Below are positions 21,339 through 32,940 of a stretch of DNA of 64,000 nucleotides, piece after piece; position 1 is the stretch's first letter; each line of letters begins with the position of its first letter. Source of the DNA: an uncultured Nitrospiraceae bacterium (lineage in GTDB: Bacteria; Nitrospirota; Nitrospiria; Nitrospirales; Nitrospiraceae); assembly GCA_963846575.1 (NCBI GenBank), contig CAWJWJ010000002.1:192001-256000 (forward strand), given 5' to 3'. The notes under the pieces are model-generated. The model saw nothing but the letters and a program-made list of their open reading frames with translations, did not search any database and had not been told where the DNA came from. The translations under genes were made by a program, and so were the position numbers.

Positions 21339-23174
21339 GTGGGCCAAGGCCTGATTTCGGACGACGTCATCAACCAAATCAGAGACCGGGTGGACATTGC
21401 AGAGGTCGTCGGCCACCATGTGGCCTTGACCAGGGCCGGCCAAAACCTTAAGGGCCTGTGCCCATTTCATCAGGAAAAGTCTCCTTCCTTCACTGTCAGT
21501 GCTTCACGACAGATCTTCCACTGTTTCGGATGCGGAGCCGGCGGGAATGTGTATACGTTCCTTATGAAACTGACGGGGGCAGGTTTTCCTGAGATTGTCC
21601 GGGATCTGGGGCGCAAGGTAGGAGTCGATGTTCCCGAATCAGCCGGGGGTCAGCCCAGCCGAGAACGCGCGCAGCTGGCGCGCCTGGAGCAGCTGAATAC
21701 CGCCGCCAGCGCTTGGTACCAACGCATGTTGATGGACGAGGGAGGGGCTCCGGCGAGGGCCTATCTTGACGGGCGAGGTATACAACCGGACACGATGAAA
21801 CAGTTCCAGATGGGATATGCACCGCCGGAATGGGATGCGCTCACGAAAGCCATGCTGAAGGCGGGGTTCGCCCCGGCGGATCTGGTCGTAGCAGGTTTAT
21901 CTATTCCGCGAGATCAGAGTGGGCAGCAGAGGAGCGCCTTGGCCGGATATTATGATCGTTTTCGTTCTCGAGTGATGTTTCCGATTCTGGATTTGCGCAA
22001 GCGGGTCGTGGCGTTTGGTGGCCGGATGCTCGGGGAAGGGATGCCCAAATATCTGAATTCCCCGGAGACTCCGTTGTTTCAGAAGGGGCAGACGTTGTTC
22101 GCGATGGATGCGGCTCGAGAGGCGGCCGGGCAGCACAATACTTTGATCATCGTCGAAGGGTACTTCGATGCGATCGCACTGCATCAGGCGGGCATCCGTC
22201 ATGCGGTAGCAACCTTGGGAACGTCTTTGACGGCGGAGCACATCACGATCATCCGGCGGTTTGCCTCCAATGTCGTCTTACTGTTCGACCCCGACCAAGC
22301 CGGAGTCAGGGCAGCACTGCGGACCCTCGACCTGTTTGTCAATAGCGGTCTCGGGGTCAAGGTGGTGTCGCTGCCTCAAGGAGATGATCCGGATACGTAT
22401 GTCCGCCAACATGGGGCGGATGGATTTACCGCCCTGCACCAATCGGCGCCGACCCTTCTGGATTTTGCAGTGGAGCAGAGTCTGCGGACGGCCGAGTCGG
22501 GGACGATCGAAGATCGCATCCGTGCCGTGGATGCCGTATTGCGCATTCTCCAGAAAAGTGCGCATCCCATCGAGAGAGAGGAACGGATTCGCCTGGTGGC
22601 CGAACGGTTAGGACTGAACCAACAACGATTGATCGATCGGTATCCGACGCTCACGCCGGAAGATCAGCGGCGGAATCAGGCTCGCACTCCAGTGGCCAAC
22701 GCACCGTTGAAACCCAAATCCAATCCCGAAGAGCGTGATTTGGCACACTTGCTTGTCCAAGGGAGCTTGTCTCCCGCTGACCTTCGGGCTCTGTCTCCGG
22801 ATGCCTTTTCGACGCCGGTCTATAGCCGTCTCGTTGCTTGCGCCTTGCAGCATGTGGGACACGACGGACGGCTGTCCGTTAAGGACCTGCTGGATGAGCT
22901 CGTCAACGATAACGAGTGCGGGCCGCTCGTCACGGAATTGTCGATGTCGGAGCAGCACTATGATGACATTTCCGCGCACATTGCCGGATGTTTGGATACG
23001 CTGGAGCGGAGAGGCCGTGAGCGGAGCTTGGGGGCCTTGATTCAAGAGTTGAAAACTGCAGAACGTGAACGGCGAGAGGATGATGTGCATCGCCTGAATA
23101 GACAGATTAACGATATGCGGATTCGGAAAGCCGGCCTCACGCCGGCTGCGCTGACGTCTGCGGTGAAGGAGTAG
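21339..23174 (+). CDS. dnaG: DNA primase
   Basis: CPFH...CFGC zinc finger, [12 protein letters not shown], Toprim EGYFD and D.D.AG. Confidence 0.96.
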   Translation: MGQGLISDDVINQIRDRVDIAEVVGHHVALTRAGQNLKGLCPFHQEKSPSFTVSASRQIFHCFGCGAGGNVYTFLMKLTGAGFPEIVRDLGRKVGVDVPESAGGQPSRERAQLARLEQLNTAASAWYQRMLMDEGGAPARAYLDGRGIQPDTMKQFQMGYAPPEWDALTKAMLKAGFAPADLVVAGLSIPRDQSGQQRSALAGYYDRFRSRVMFPILDLRKRVVAFGGRMLGEGMPKYLNSPETPLFQKGQTLFAMDAAREAAGQHNTLIIVEGYFDAIALHQAGIRHAVATLGTSLTAEHITIIRRFASNVVLLFDPDQAGVRAALRTLDLFVNSGLGVKVVSLPQGDDPDTYVRQHGADGFTALHQSAPTLLDFAVEQSLRTAESGTIEDRIRAVDAVLRILQKSAHPIEREERIRLVAERLGLNQQRLIDRYPTLTPEDQRRNQARTPVANAPLKPKSNPEERDLAHLLVQGSLSPADLRALSPDAFSTPVYSRLVACALQHVGHDGRLSVKDLLDELVNDNECGPLVTELSMSEQHYDDISAHIAGCLDTLERRGRERSLGALIQELKTAERERREDDVHRLNRQINDMRIRKAGLTPAALTSAVKE

Positions 23175-23176
23175 GT

Positions 23177-24982
23177 ATGCCGAAACAAGAATTACTCGGC
23201 GAGGTGAAGAAGCTCATTAATCTTGGAAAAGAGAAGGGCTTTCTCACATACGACGATCTAAATAGCACCTTGCCGGCCGATGTCGTCTCGTCGGACCAAT
23301 TCAGTACGATCATGACGATGTTTGGTGAAATGGACATCGAGATTGTGGAATCCGCCGAGACTGAGCGCACTCCGAAGGCGGCCGATGGTGAGGAAGCGAT
23401 TGAGGAAAGCGAAGAGGGAGACGCTCCCGAAGAGAACGAAAAGGAGATCGATCTCACGCCAGGTGCCCTTAGCCGGACCGATGACCCCGTCAGGCTCTAT
23501 CTCAAAGAGATGGGAAGTGTGGCGCTGTTGAGCCGTGAGGGGGAGATTGAGATCGCTAAGCGTATCGAAGAGGGCAAGAAAGATATTGCCACGGTCGTCT
23601 ATGGGTTGCCGATGACCCTGGAATTTGTCTTGAATCTCCGAGATCAATTGAAGAACGGCAAGATCGATGTCCGTGAGATCGTACCGGTGGTTGAGACGGA
23701 AGAAGACTTCGAGGAGGAAGCCGTCGAGAAGGACTACGAAGAACTGCGGGTCAAGACGCTGGACTCTTTGAACTCGGTCCGCAAGGTGTCCGCTTCCCTG
23801 AAGGAACTGTACGATAAGGTTCGCCAGGCCAGCGGCGATGCGGAGAAGTTAAAACGTCTGCGCAAACAAATTGATACCGTGCGCGGACAGGTTGTGGACA
23901 AGATGGAGTCCGTCAATCTGCACGGCGTCCTGAAAGATCGAATGACGCAGCGGGTGCGCGACCTCAACCTCCTGTTCCGTACTGCGGAACGAGAAGTCAC
24001 GAGTTGTCAGCGACGCCTGGGGGTGGGCGGGGAAGCGGGGGCGGAGCTGCTGCGGCGGCTATGCCGAACTCACAAGGATGTGTTGGCTGTAAAGCGGAGG
24101 ACCGGCGTTTCGGAAGAGGTTTTGCAGGACATCAAAAAGCACTATCAGGCAGCCAAAGGCCGAATTCGTCAATTGGAGGCGGAAGAGGCGCTGGTCTCAG
24201 CCGAAGAAATCAGGGATGCAGTCAAGCACCTCGATGTGGCGGAAGAGAAGGTCAAGCGGGGCAAGGCCGAGCTCGTCGAAGCCAATCTACGGTTAGTGGT
24301 CAGTATTGCCAAGAAATATACGAACCGAGGGTTACAGTTTCTGGATCTGATTCAAGAGGGCAACATCGGCCTCATGAAGGCAGTCGACAAGTTTGAATAT
24401 AAGCGCGGTTACAAATTTAGTACCTACGCGACTTGGTGGATCCGTCAGGCGATTACCCGTGCGATTGCCGATCAAGCTCGCACTATCCGCATTCCGGTGC
24501 ACATGATCGAAACCATCAATAAACTGATCCGTACATCTCGCCATTTGGTGCAGAAGCTGGGGCGTGAACCGACTCCCGAGGAAATCGCTGAACGAATGGA
24601 TTTGCCGCTCGACAAGGTGCGTAAGATTCTTAAAATTGCGCGCGAACCGATTTCTCTCGAGACCCCCATCGGTGAGGAAGAAGACAGCCATTTGGGAGAC
24701 TTTATCGAAGACAAGAAAGCGGTGTCTCCGTTAGAAGCGGCCATTCGCTACGACCTGCAGCGTCAGATCAACGGTGCGCTGGAAACGCTCACTCCCCGCG
24801 AGGAAAAGGTGTTGCGAAAACGGTTTGGTATCGGGGAGGCCACCGATCATACGCTCGAGGAAGTGGGACAGGACTTCGAGGTGACGCGCGAACGCATTCG
24901 TCAAATTGAAGCCAAGGCGTTGCGCAAACTCCGACATCCTAGTCGCAGTAAAAAGTTGCGCAGTTTTGTGGAGAGCCTCTGA
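23177..24982 (+). CDS. rpoD: RNA polymerase primary sigma factor
   Basis: [45 protein letters not shown]. Confidence 0.98.
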   Translation: MPKQELLGEVKKLINLGKEKGFLTYDDLNSTLPADVVSSDQFSTIMTMFGEMDIEIVESAETERTPKAADGEEAIEESEEGDAPEENEKEIDLTPGALSRTDDPVRLYLKEMGSVALLSREGEIEIAKRIEEGKKDIATVVYGLPMTLEFVLNLRDQLKNGKIDVREIVPVVETEEDFEEEAVEKDYEELRVKTLDSLNSVRKVSASLKELYDKVRQASGDAEKLKRLRKQIDTVRGQVVDKMESVNLHGVLKDRMTQRVRDLNLLFRTAEREVTSCQRRLGVGGEAGAELLRRLCRTHKDVLAVKRRTGVSEEVLQDIKKHYQAAKGRIRQLEAEEALVSAEEIRDAVKHLDVAEEKVKRGKAELVEANLRLVVSIAKKYTNRGLQFLDLIQEGNIGLMKAVDKFEYKRGYKFSTYATWWIRQAITRAIADQARTIRIPVHMIETINKLIRTSRHLVQKLGREPTPEEIAERMDLPLDKVRKILKIAREPISLETPIGEEEDSHLGDFIEDKKAVSPLEAAIRYDLQRQINGALETLTPREEKVLRKRFGIGEATDHTLEEVGQDFEVTRERIRQIEAKALRKLRHPSRSKKLRSFVESL

Positions 24983-25002
24983 AGTCCTGTAATGAGCATT
25001 GT

Positions 25003-25031
25003 TTGACTCTATCGGAATGGCAGCCTAAAAT
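25003..25031 (+). promoter_or_regulatory. Sigma70 promoter of the tRNA
   Basis: TTGACT-17 nt-TAAAAT. Confidence 0.65.
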
Positions 25032-25132
25032 CAGGCGTTCGAAGCACGCATGGGTCGCTCGAGTGCCTGTGGCGTTTAGTTGACGCAACCGACCAGTTTG
25101 AAGTCCGAGAGCAGGCCAAGGCTCGCAGGGCT

Positions 25133-25209
25133 GGGCCCATAGCTCAGGTGGTTAGAGCGGCTGACTCATAATCAGCTGGTCCTAGGTTCAAGTCCTAGTG
25201 GGCCCACCA
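25133..25209 (+). tRNA. tRNA with CAT anticodon, most likely tRNA-Ile2 (lysidine) rather than Met
   Basis: Cloverleaf GGGCCCA...TGGGCCC-A-CCA, anticodon arm GCTGA-CT CAT AA-TCAGC; paired 1:72 and no GGG/CCC anticodon stem exclude the initiator; resembles E. coli ileX, which also lies near rpoD. Confidence 0.9.
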
Positions 25210-25285
25210 GCCTGAGTGTCTTATGACGATGACGGTACGACTGGTGTCGCGTGGTGGTGCCGTCGTGCAACCTAAAAGGAGCCCG

Positions 25286-26062
25286 TTGAACCTACAGCTC
25301 TCCCCCCTCATTGACCTGCAGAAAATCGATCTTCGAATCGCCGAACTCAAAGAACAGCGGCGGAAAATTCCAGAACGGCTTGAGCTAAACGAGGCGCCTC
25401 TCCGAGAAGCAAAACGCGTGGTGCACGAAATGTCGGTGTCAACCGAAGCGCTGATCAAGGAACGCCGTAGCCACGAAAAGGACCTTGAGGCGCATGAGGA
25501 CCGTATTTCAAAAATGAAAGATCGCGCCGCTCAGCTCAAGACCAATCAGGAGTATCAAGCGCACCTCTTCGAGGTGGAACTGGCCAGCAAGAAAAAGGGC
25601 GAAATCGAGGAGAAAATTTTGCTGGCGATGGAGCAGATCGAACAGACGCAGCGTGTAATGGCGGAGGCGCAGGCGAAGCTGAAGGAGTCAGAGGCTCTGT
25701 TCACGAAGGAAAAGGCCACGTTGGATGCACGCGATCAAGCGTTGTCTGCGGAGCTGGGGGACCTGGACATCAAGCAGCAGCAATTGGCGGGCCAGATAGA
25801 GAAGACGCTCCTGGCTCGATACAATAAGCTGAAGACGACGAGGAAGGACCAAGCCCTGGCATTAGTCAAGGATGGGATTTGTCTGGGATGTCGGCTTCAG
25901 CTGCCGCCACAGCTGGTTTCTCAGGTCAAGCGTGCGCAAGATGTGCATACCTGCCCCTACTGTTACAGGATGCTCTATTGGGAAGGAGAGCCTGCCATCG
26001 GAGCGAAGGGCCCTGTCGATGCCGAACAAGCTCAGAATTTTGAAGTCGGCGAGTCGGTCTAG
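25286..26062 (+). CDS. Coiled-coil protein with C4 zinc ribbon (DUF164/CT398-like)
   Basis: LIDLQKID start, long coiled coil, CLGC...CPYC.R.LY; TTG start after AAAGGAG. Confidence 0.88.
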   Translation: MNLQLSPLIDLQKIDLRIAELKEQRRKIPERLELNEAPLREAKRVVHEMSVSTEALIKERRSHEKDLEAHEDRISKMKDRAAQLKTNQEYQAHLFEVELASKKKGEIEEKILLAMEQIEQTQRVMAEAQAKLKESEALFTKEKATLDARDQALSAELGDLDIKQQQLAGQIEKTLLARYNKLKTTRKDQALALVKDGICLGCRLQLPPQLVSQVKRAQDVHTCPYCYRMLYWEGEPAIGAKGPVDAEQAQNFEVGESV

Positions 26063-26718
26063 AGGCCATTCAAGATCTGCTGTGTCGTTTTGAAGTGCAA
26101 TTTCGCCACCGCGTTTAGTCGACCCTGCCCGAATTTCTTGATCACCATTCTTCCGGCAAGCTCCACAGCAGGCGACGCACCCTTGGGCAACATCGTATTC
26201 AGCTCCTGAGACAACCTGTGCAGGCGCTGAAGAAATTCTGCGCGAGCCAGGATCGAGGCAGCTGCCACGGCCACATCGGATTCTGCTTTTGTTCGTTGGA
26301 CGAGCTGAATCTGTTTGCCCTGCTCTTGGAGTGCATCGAGAATTAACCGCTCATCGCCGAATTGATCAGCAATGGCCAGATTGCAGTCGACCTGCTGGAG
26401 CAGATTCTCAAGCGCCCTGGCATGGCCCCAGGCCAGTAGGCGATTCAGATTTTTTATTTTCGCATACAGTTCATTGTACCGTAGCGGCCCGATGGCGACG
26501 ATGCTATGGGGACAGAGCCGGCGAATGTGTGGATCCATTTCCGCCACCCTTGCATCTGAAAGTTTCTTGCTGTCGCGAACCTGCATGAGGACGAGATCCT
26601 GCTGAATGACCGGTGTCACGAACGCGGCGGCGATCACGAGCGGGCCGAAATAGTCCCCTTTGCCAGACTCATCAATTCCGATACGTGAGAGGGCTGAGAG
26701 GTCGGAAGGGGCAGGCAT
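26059..26718 (-). CDS. rnhC: Ribonuclease HIII (catalytic domain only)
   Basis: GIDESGKGDYFGPLV, DSKKL, DQF, KAE..VAVAAASILAR, LPKGAS, AKLHFKT. Confidence 0.85.
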   Translation of the reverse strand: MPAPSDLSALSRIGIDESGKGDYFGPLVIAAAFVTPVIQQDLVLMQVRDSKKLSDARVAEMDPHIRRLCPHSIVAIGPLRYNELYAKIKNLNRLLAWGHARALENLLQQVDCNLAIADQFGDERLILDALQEQGKQIQLVQRTKAESDVAVAAASILARAEFLQRLHRLSQELNTMLPKGASPAVELAGRMVIKKFGQGRLNAVAKLHFKTTQQILNGL

Positions 26719-26801
26719 GGGAAACTCCCAGGTGAAAACCGGTAAGACGGCGCGGTAATCTAGCAGGGCTCGGGAAATCGGTCAATTTGCGGAGGCACAG
26801 G

Positions 26802-27695
26802 ATGAACATTCAAGCGGACACCGTCACGAAGCAAATGTCCAGGAGGCCTTCGGCTGTCGTCTGGATGGCCCTGGGCATTCTGGTGTTGGTCACTACGGCA
26901 ACGGGCTGTCAAACCAATCCGTATACCGGACGTTGGCAACTGATGATGATGCCGATGTCCCAAGAAGTCCAAATGGGCGTGCAAGCGTACGCTCAGGTGA
27001 AGCATGATCCGAAGATGAAGGTCTCAAACGACCCGCGAGAAATTGATCCGGTGAAGCGAGTCGCGGCTCGAGTGATTGAAGCGGCTAAGCATTCAAAATA
27101 TAGCGAAATTGCGAATCAATTTGAATGGGAAGTGACCGTGATTAAGGATGATACAACGATGAATGCTTTCGCATTGCCGGGCGGAAAAATTGCCGTGTAT
27201 ACAGGCATTTTCCCGGTGGCTAAGACCGAAGCGGGTCTCGCGGCGGTTATGGGCCACGAAGTTGTGCATGCGCTGGCGAGGCATGGCGGCGAACGGATGA
27301 GCCAAAATACCCTGGCGCAGACGACGCTTCAGGTCATTGGTGTCGCATTAGGAGTCAGCGGCGCCAATCCCGTTCTATCGCAAGCCGGGATGGCCGCATT
27401 GGGCGTTGGAACGCAGGTGGGAGTATTACTTCCCTTCAGCCGGAAACACGAGTCGGAAGCCGATTATGTCGGGGTTCTGCTGGCGGCTGAGGCCGGGTAT
27501 GACCCCCGTGAATCTATTCGTCTCTGGACACGGATGGGTGAGTTGTCGGAAGGTAAAGAGCCCTCGGAATTCATGTCCACCCACCCCAACCATGAAACTA
27601 GAATACAACAACTCGAAGAATGGATGGCCGAAGCCTTGCCGATTTACCGGTCGAAACCACCGGCGCCCAATGGAGAGCTTCCCGCGCTCAAGTAG
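26802..27695 (+). CDS. M48 family zinc metallopeptidase (likely lipoprotein)
   Basis: ATG-C lipobox-like signal, NAFALPGG, HEVVH, FSRKHESEAD, STHP. Confidence 0.9.
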   Translation: MNIQADTVTKQMSRRPSAVVWMALGILVLVTTATGCQTNPYTGRWQLMMMPMSQEVQMGVQAYAQVKHDPKMKVSNDPREIDPVKRVAARVIEAAKHSKYSEIANQFEWEVTVIKDDTTMNAFALPGGKIAVYTGIFPVAKTEAGLAAVMGHEVVHALARHGGERMSQNTLAQTTLQVIGVALGVSGANPVLSQAGMAALGVGTQVGVLLPFSRKHESEADYVGVLLAAEAGYDPRESIRLWTRMGELSEGKEPSEFMSTHPNHETRIQQLEEWMAEALPIYRSKPPAPNGELPALK

Positions 27696-27839
27696 TAAGT
27701 ACACGTGCAGGGCATTCGTTTGAGCCACCGATGCGGTATCGCCTGATCAGCCCTTGTCGGGATACCAATTCCTTCGAGGGTTTGGTGAATGAACTGTTGA
27801 ATCCCGGTCTCCTGGCCACTTATATTGAAGGTGCGCGCT

Positions 27840-28262
27840 GGAGGGACACGGGTGCTCGCTCGTCGAGCTGGCTTGACGGGAGGAAAGTCCGGACTCCAAG
27901 GGCAAGGACGCTGGATAACGTCCAGGCGGAGAGATCCGACACCAGCACCACAGAGAACAGACCGCCGATGGCCGGTGCCATCAACCTCGGTTGATGGCGT
28001 CGGATCAGGTAAGGGTGAAACGGTGGGGTAAGAGCCTACCGCGGTGATGGCGACATCAACGGCACGGTAAGCGTCGTCCGGAGCAAGACCAAATAGGGGG
28101 ACGCCTGCGGCGCTCGTAAGAGTCCAGCAGAAAGGCCGGCCCGGCCGAGGTCCCCGGGTAGGTTGCTTGAGGCTCGAGGTAACTCGAGTCCCAGAGAAAT
28201 GATCACCCTCGCGTGAGCGCAAGTTTCACGCGGGACAGAATCCGGCTTATAGGGTTTTTCCA
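27840..28262 (+). ncRNA. rnpB: RNase P RNA, type A
   Basis: GAGGAAAGTCCGGACTC, ACAGAGAACAGACCGCCGATGG, GGTAAGGGTGAAACGGTGGGGTAAGAG, GGAGCAAGACCAAATAGG, ACAGAATCCGGCTTA; candidate promoter TTGAAT-18-TATATT at 27797-27826; ends approximate. Confidence 0.95.
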
Positions 28263-28508
28263 ACGCGCTTTTTTAATCGCCGTCCGCAACGCGCTTCCGG
28301 TTATCTTGCCGGAAAGCGCTTCTCGTCCATCGATGAGGACGACCGGAACGTGATCGCCGTATCGGACCATGGCCTCCGAATCGCTGTCCACATCCAACGC
28401 AGCGAGTTCGAACGGGATTTCCTGTTGCAGTTGCGTCGCGACGCGGTAGGCCACCCGGCAGAGGTGACAATCGTGACGAGACAGGATGGTGACGCGAACA
28501 GCAGTCAT
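28203..28508 (-). CDS. Glutaredoxin-like (DUF836-type) protein
   Basis: CHLC motif, Y...VPVVLIDG; 3' end overlaps rnpB antisense. Confidence 0.8.
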   Translation of the reverse strand: MTAVRVTILSRHDCHLCRVAYRVATQLQQEIPFELAALDVDSDSEAMVRYGDHVPVVLIDGREALSGKITGSALRTAIKKARWKNPISRILSRVKLALTRG

Positions 28509-28596
28509 GGGTTCCTAACCAGCTGACCGGAATATTTCCATACCACAAACCTCCGGTGACCACCAGCTAGCACAAGCCATTGTCCCATCCGATCTC

Positions 28597-28626
28597 TTGA
28601 CCTCAGTTGAGATCTGGTGATACGAT
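28597..28626 (+). promoter_or_regulatory. Putative sigma70 promoter of the ilv operon
   Basis: TTGACC-18 nt-TACGAT. Confidence 0.5.
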
Positions 28627-28750
28627 CCGCCATCTTACTCATTGTTTTTTCAGTAAGAATGTATCAACCTGTTTCCTGGGTGTGCAGGGAGAGAATTGTT
28701 CTCATTTAGATTTCGAGACCTTCGGCATGGATTGCGAAGGGGAGGTTGAT

Positions 28751-30529
28751 ATGAAACTCACCGGATCAGAAATTCTGATCGAATGCCTTAAACGCGAAGG
28801 TGTGAAGACGATTTTTGCCTTGCCCGGCGGAGTCGTGCTGAAGATCTTCGACATGCTTCATCAGCAAAAAGATATTGAAGTCGTTTTGACCCGACATGAG
28901 CAGGGTGCCGGTCACATGGCTGAAGGTTATGCCAAGGCGACCGGGAAGCCTGGAGTCTGCCTGGTGACATCAGGGCCGGGAATGACCAATGTCATCACCG
29001 CACTGGCTGATGCTTACATGGATTCCGTGCCGCTGGTCTGTTTCAGTGGACAGGTGTCGACGAGTTTGATCGGCAACGATGCATTTCAAGAAGCCGATAA
29101 TATCGGCCTGAGCCGGCCCTGCACCAAATACAATTTTCTCGTGAAAGACGTCAACGATCTCGCCACGACCATTAAGGAAGCCTTTTATATTGCCACCACG
29201 GGACGACCTGGACCGGTCTTGGTCGATATCCCTAAAGACGTTTCTATGGCCAAAGGCGACTTTACCTATCCCACCTCTGTCGCAATTCGCGGGTACAGTC
29301 CGACCTACGAAGGCAACAAGTGGCAAATTAAGCAAGCCGCCGAAGCGATCATGAAGGCCAAAAAGCCGATCCTGTATGTTGGCGGAGGCGTCATATTTTC
29401 AGGGGCTTCCAAAGAACTGCTGGAATTGGCAGAGATGACACAAATTCCCGTGGACATGACGTTGATGGGGCTGGGAGCGTTCCCCGGCGAACATTCCCAG
29501 TCGATGGGCATGATGGGAATGCACGGTACCTATTGCGCCAACATGGCGGTACACTATTCCGACTTGGTGATTGCGGTCGGAGCACGGTTTGATGACCGTG
29601 TGACGGGAAAAGTTTCGGAGTTCTGCCCCCACGCAAAGGTCATTCATATTGATATCGACCCGACCTCTATCCGGAAGAATATCAATGTTGATATTCCGAT
29701 TGTGGGCGATTGCAAAGCCGTCCTGAGGGAGTTGAATCAGATCCTGAAGGCGACCGTCAATGGAGAGCAGAGAGACCTTCGCAAGCCTTGGTGGGACCAA
29801 ATCCGTGAATGGCAACAGGCCCACCCCTTGTCCTATCAGCAGGAGGCAGACGGGCCGATCAAGCCGCAACATGTCATTCAGCGGCTTTATGACCTGACAA
29901 AGGATCGCGATCCGATCGTTTCCACGGATGTCGGCCAGCATCAGATGTGGACCGCGCAATATTTCAAGCTCGCCAAGCCGAATCGCTGGCTGACCTCTGG
30001 CGGCTTAGGCACGATGGGGTTCGGTTTCCCTGCTGCGATGGGGGCGCAAGCGGCGTTTAGAAACCGCCTTGTGCTCTGCGTGGCCGGTGACGGCAGCGTG
30101 CAAATGAATATGCAGGAAATGGCCACTGCTGTCGTATCCAAACTGCCGGTGAAAGTGATCATTTTGAATAACCGTTTCCACGGCATGGTTCGTCAATGGC
30201 AGGACTTGTTCTATGAAGGACGGTATGCCTCCAGTTATCTCGATACCACGCCTGATTTTGTGAAGCTTGCGGAGGCCTATGGTGCCGTAGGTCTCCGTGC
30301 GAACAAAGTGGCTGATCTCGATTCCGTATTGAAGGAGGCCATTGCCACAGATAAGCCAGTGGTCGTGGATGTGCCGACATATCCCTATGAAAATTGCTAC
30401 CCGATGATTCCCGCAGGTGGGTGCAACCACGAGATGATTCTCGAAGATCCGCCCGAATTGAAGAGAAGAATGGCTGGAGTTCCTGGTACCGGGTCAAACG
30501 AAGACAAAGATACGATTCTCACAGCCTAG
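28751..30529 (+). CDS. ilvB: Acetolactate synthase large subunit
   Basis: RHEQGA, TSGPG, DAFQE, GARFDDRVTG, DVGQHQMW, SGGLGTMG, GDGS; GGAGG RBS before ATG 28751. Confidence 0.96.
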   Translation: MKLTGSEILIECLKREGVKTIFALPGGVVLKIFDMLHQQKDIEVVLTRHEQGAGHMAEGYAKATGKPGVCLVTSGPGMTNVITALADAYMDSVPLVCFSGQVSTSLIGNDAFQEADNIGLSRPCTKYNFLVKDVNDLATTIKEAFYIATTGRPGPVLVDIPKDVSMAKGDFTYPTSVAIRGYSPTYEGNKWQIKQAAEAIMKAKKPILYVGGGVIFSGASKELLELAEMTQIPVDMTLMGLGAFPGEHSQSMGMMGMHGTYCANMAVHYSDLVIAVGARFDDRVTGKVSEFCPHAKVIHIDIDPTSIRKNINVDIPIVGDCKAVLRELNQILKATVNGEQRDLRKPWWDQIREWQQAHPLSYQQEADGPIKPQHVIQRLYDLTKDRDPIVSTDVGQHQMWTAQYFKLAKPNRWLTSGGLGTMGFGFPAAMGAQAAFRNRLVLCVAGDGSVQMNMQEMATAVVSKLPVKVIILNNRFHGMVRQWQDLFYEGRYASSYLDTTPDFVKLAEAYGAVGLRANKVADLDSVLKEAIATDKPVVVDVPTYPYENCYPMIPAGGCNHEMILEDPPELKRRMAGVPGTGSNEDKDTILTA

Positions 30530-30639
30530 GGAGAAAGAGCTCATGGCAGACAGCATGTAGGGGAGATAGAAGATCGAGGACCCAGATCTTTTCGCCACTC
30601 CCGGCAGGTGCTCTCGGCTATTCGCGCTTCGAATTTCAA

Positions 30640-31158
30640 ATGGAACACATCATTTCAGTCACCGTAGAGAATAAGTTCGGCGTTCTATCTCGTGTGGCCG
30701 GGCTATTCAGCGGCCGCGGTTTCAACATCGAAAGCCTTTCGGTTGCACCCACACTTGATCCGTCCATGTCGCAAATGACCATTGTGACGTCGGGAGACGA
30801 TCGGATCGTGGAACAAATCGTGAAACAGCTCAACAAGTTAATCGACGTCATCAAAGTGGTGGATCTGAATGAGAGCGAGTTCGTTTCCCGGGAAACGGCG
30901 CTGATCAAGGTTCACACCAAATCTGAGGATCGAGCGGAAGCATTGAGGATCGCGGATATTTTCCGAGCGAATGTTATCGACTCGACGCCCTCGACGTACA
31001 CGATCGAGGTGACGGGGGATCCGAAGAAGATTGAAGCCATCATCAATCTGCTGCAGCCGCTGGGGATCAAGGAACTGATACGGACCGGGCGCGTGGCGAT
31101 TGCGCGCGAACCGATCAGGCCGGCCGTCAGCCAACCGAAAAAAGTCGCCCGAGAATAG
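30640..31158 (+). CDS. ilvN: Acetolactate synthase small subunit
   Basis: VEN..GVLSRVAGLFSGRGFNIESL, KQLNKLIDV, RTGRVA. Confidence 0.95.
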   Translation: MEHIISVTVENKFGVLSRVAGLFSGRGFNIESLSVAPTLDPSMSQMTIVTSGDDRIVEQIVKQLNKLIDVIKVVDLNESEFVSRETALIKVHTKSEDRAEALRIADIFRANVIDSTPSTYTIEVTGDPKKIEAIINLLQPLGIKELIRTGRVAIAREPIRPAVSQPKKVARE

Positions 31159-31222
31159 CTCGCTCATCCCCTGTGCACAGCCGTCGTTTCCACCCATGTG
31201 CCTATAGAACATCCAGGAGTGA

Positions 31223-32239
<1,017 letters not shown>

Positions 32240-32289
32240 CACCTGAGCAGGACTCTTCGTGATAGCATTTCAAAGGCGCCTGGAGGTGT

Positions 32290-32940
32290 ATGGCTGATCG
32301 AGCCGTTGGGATACCGATCGTAAAAGAGGGATGGCCGTTTGTCGGCAGTCTCGCAGCCGCTGCATTGCTATTCGGCGTGGCGGGTTGGATCATTCCCGCC
32401 GGGGTGGTCGGCGGATTCACGTTGTTTACGGCCTGGTTCTTCAGAAATCCAGGACGCACGATCCCTCGGGACCTCAACGTGGTGGTGTCGCCGGGTGACG
32501 GGAAAGTGATCGCGATCGAGGAAGAGTTTGAACCCCGCTACTTGAAGGAAAAAAGCATTCGACTGACTGTGTTTCTCAATGTGTTCGACGTGCATGTCAA
32601 CCGTATGCCTTGTGCGGGAGTTGTGGAAAATATCAGTTATCAGCCTGGTCAGTTTCTGGTGGCCAGCAGGCCGGAGGCCACGCTTCGCAATGAACAGAAT
32701 GCGGTGATGTTACAAGCCGAGTCCGGAGCCAAAGTGCTCTGCGTGCAGGTCGCGGGACTGATTGCCCGCCGGATCGTCTGTTGGGTCGGGCAGGGAGATC
32801 GCGTCCTGCGTGGGGAGCGATTCGGACTGATTCGCTTCGGCTCGCGGATGGATACCTTTCTTCCGCTTGGCTCAAAAATATGCGTGGCAGTAGGTGACCG
32901 GGTTAAGGGGGGAGAAACCATCGTGGGGGAACTCCGATGA
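32290..32940 (+). CDS. psd: Phosphatidylserine decarboxylase proenzyme
   Basis: FFRNP.R, SPGDG, FDVHVNR.P, NEQN, AGLIARRI, FGSR self-cleavage site. Confidence 0.92.
   Translation: MADRAVGIPIVKEGWPFVGSLAAAALLFGVAGWIIPAGVVGGFTLFTAWFFRNPGRTIPRDLNVVVSPGDGKVIAIEEEFEPRYLKEKSIRLTVFLNVFDVHVNRMPCAGVVENISYQPGQFLVASRPEATLRNEQNAVMLQAESGAKVLCVQVAGLIARRIVCWVGQGDRVLRGERFGLIRFGSRMDTFLPLGSKICVAVGDRVKGGETIVGELR

Noticed and set aside
25133..25209. Calling the CAT tRNA initiator Met
   Set aside because: Lacks the 1:72 mismatch and the three G:C anticodon-stem pairs
27620..28263. Several short ORFs over the rnpB region
   Set aside because: Explained by the RNase P RNA gene
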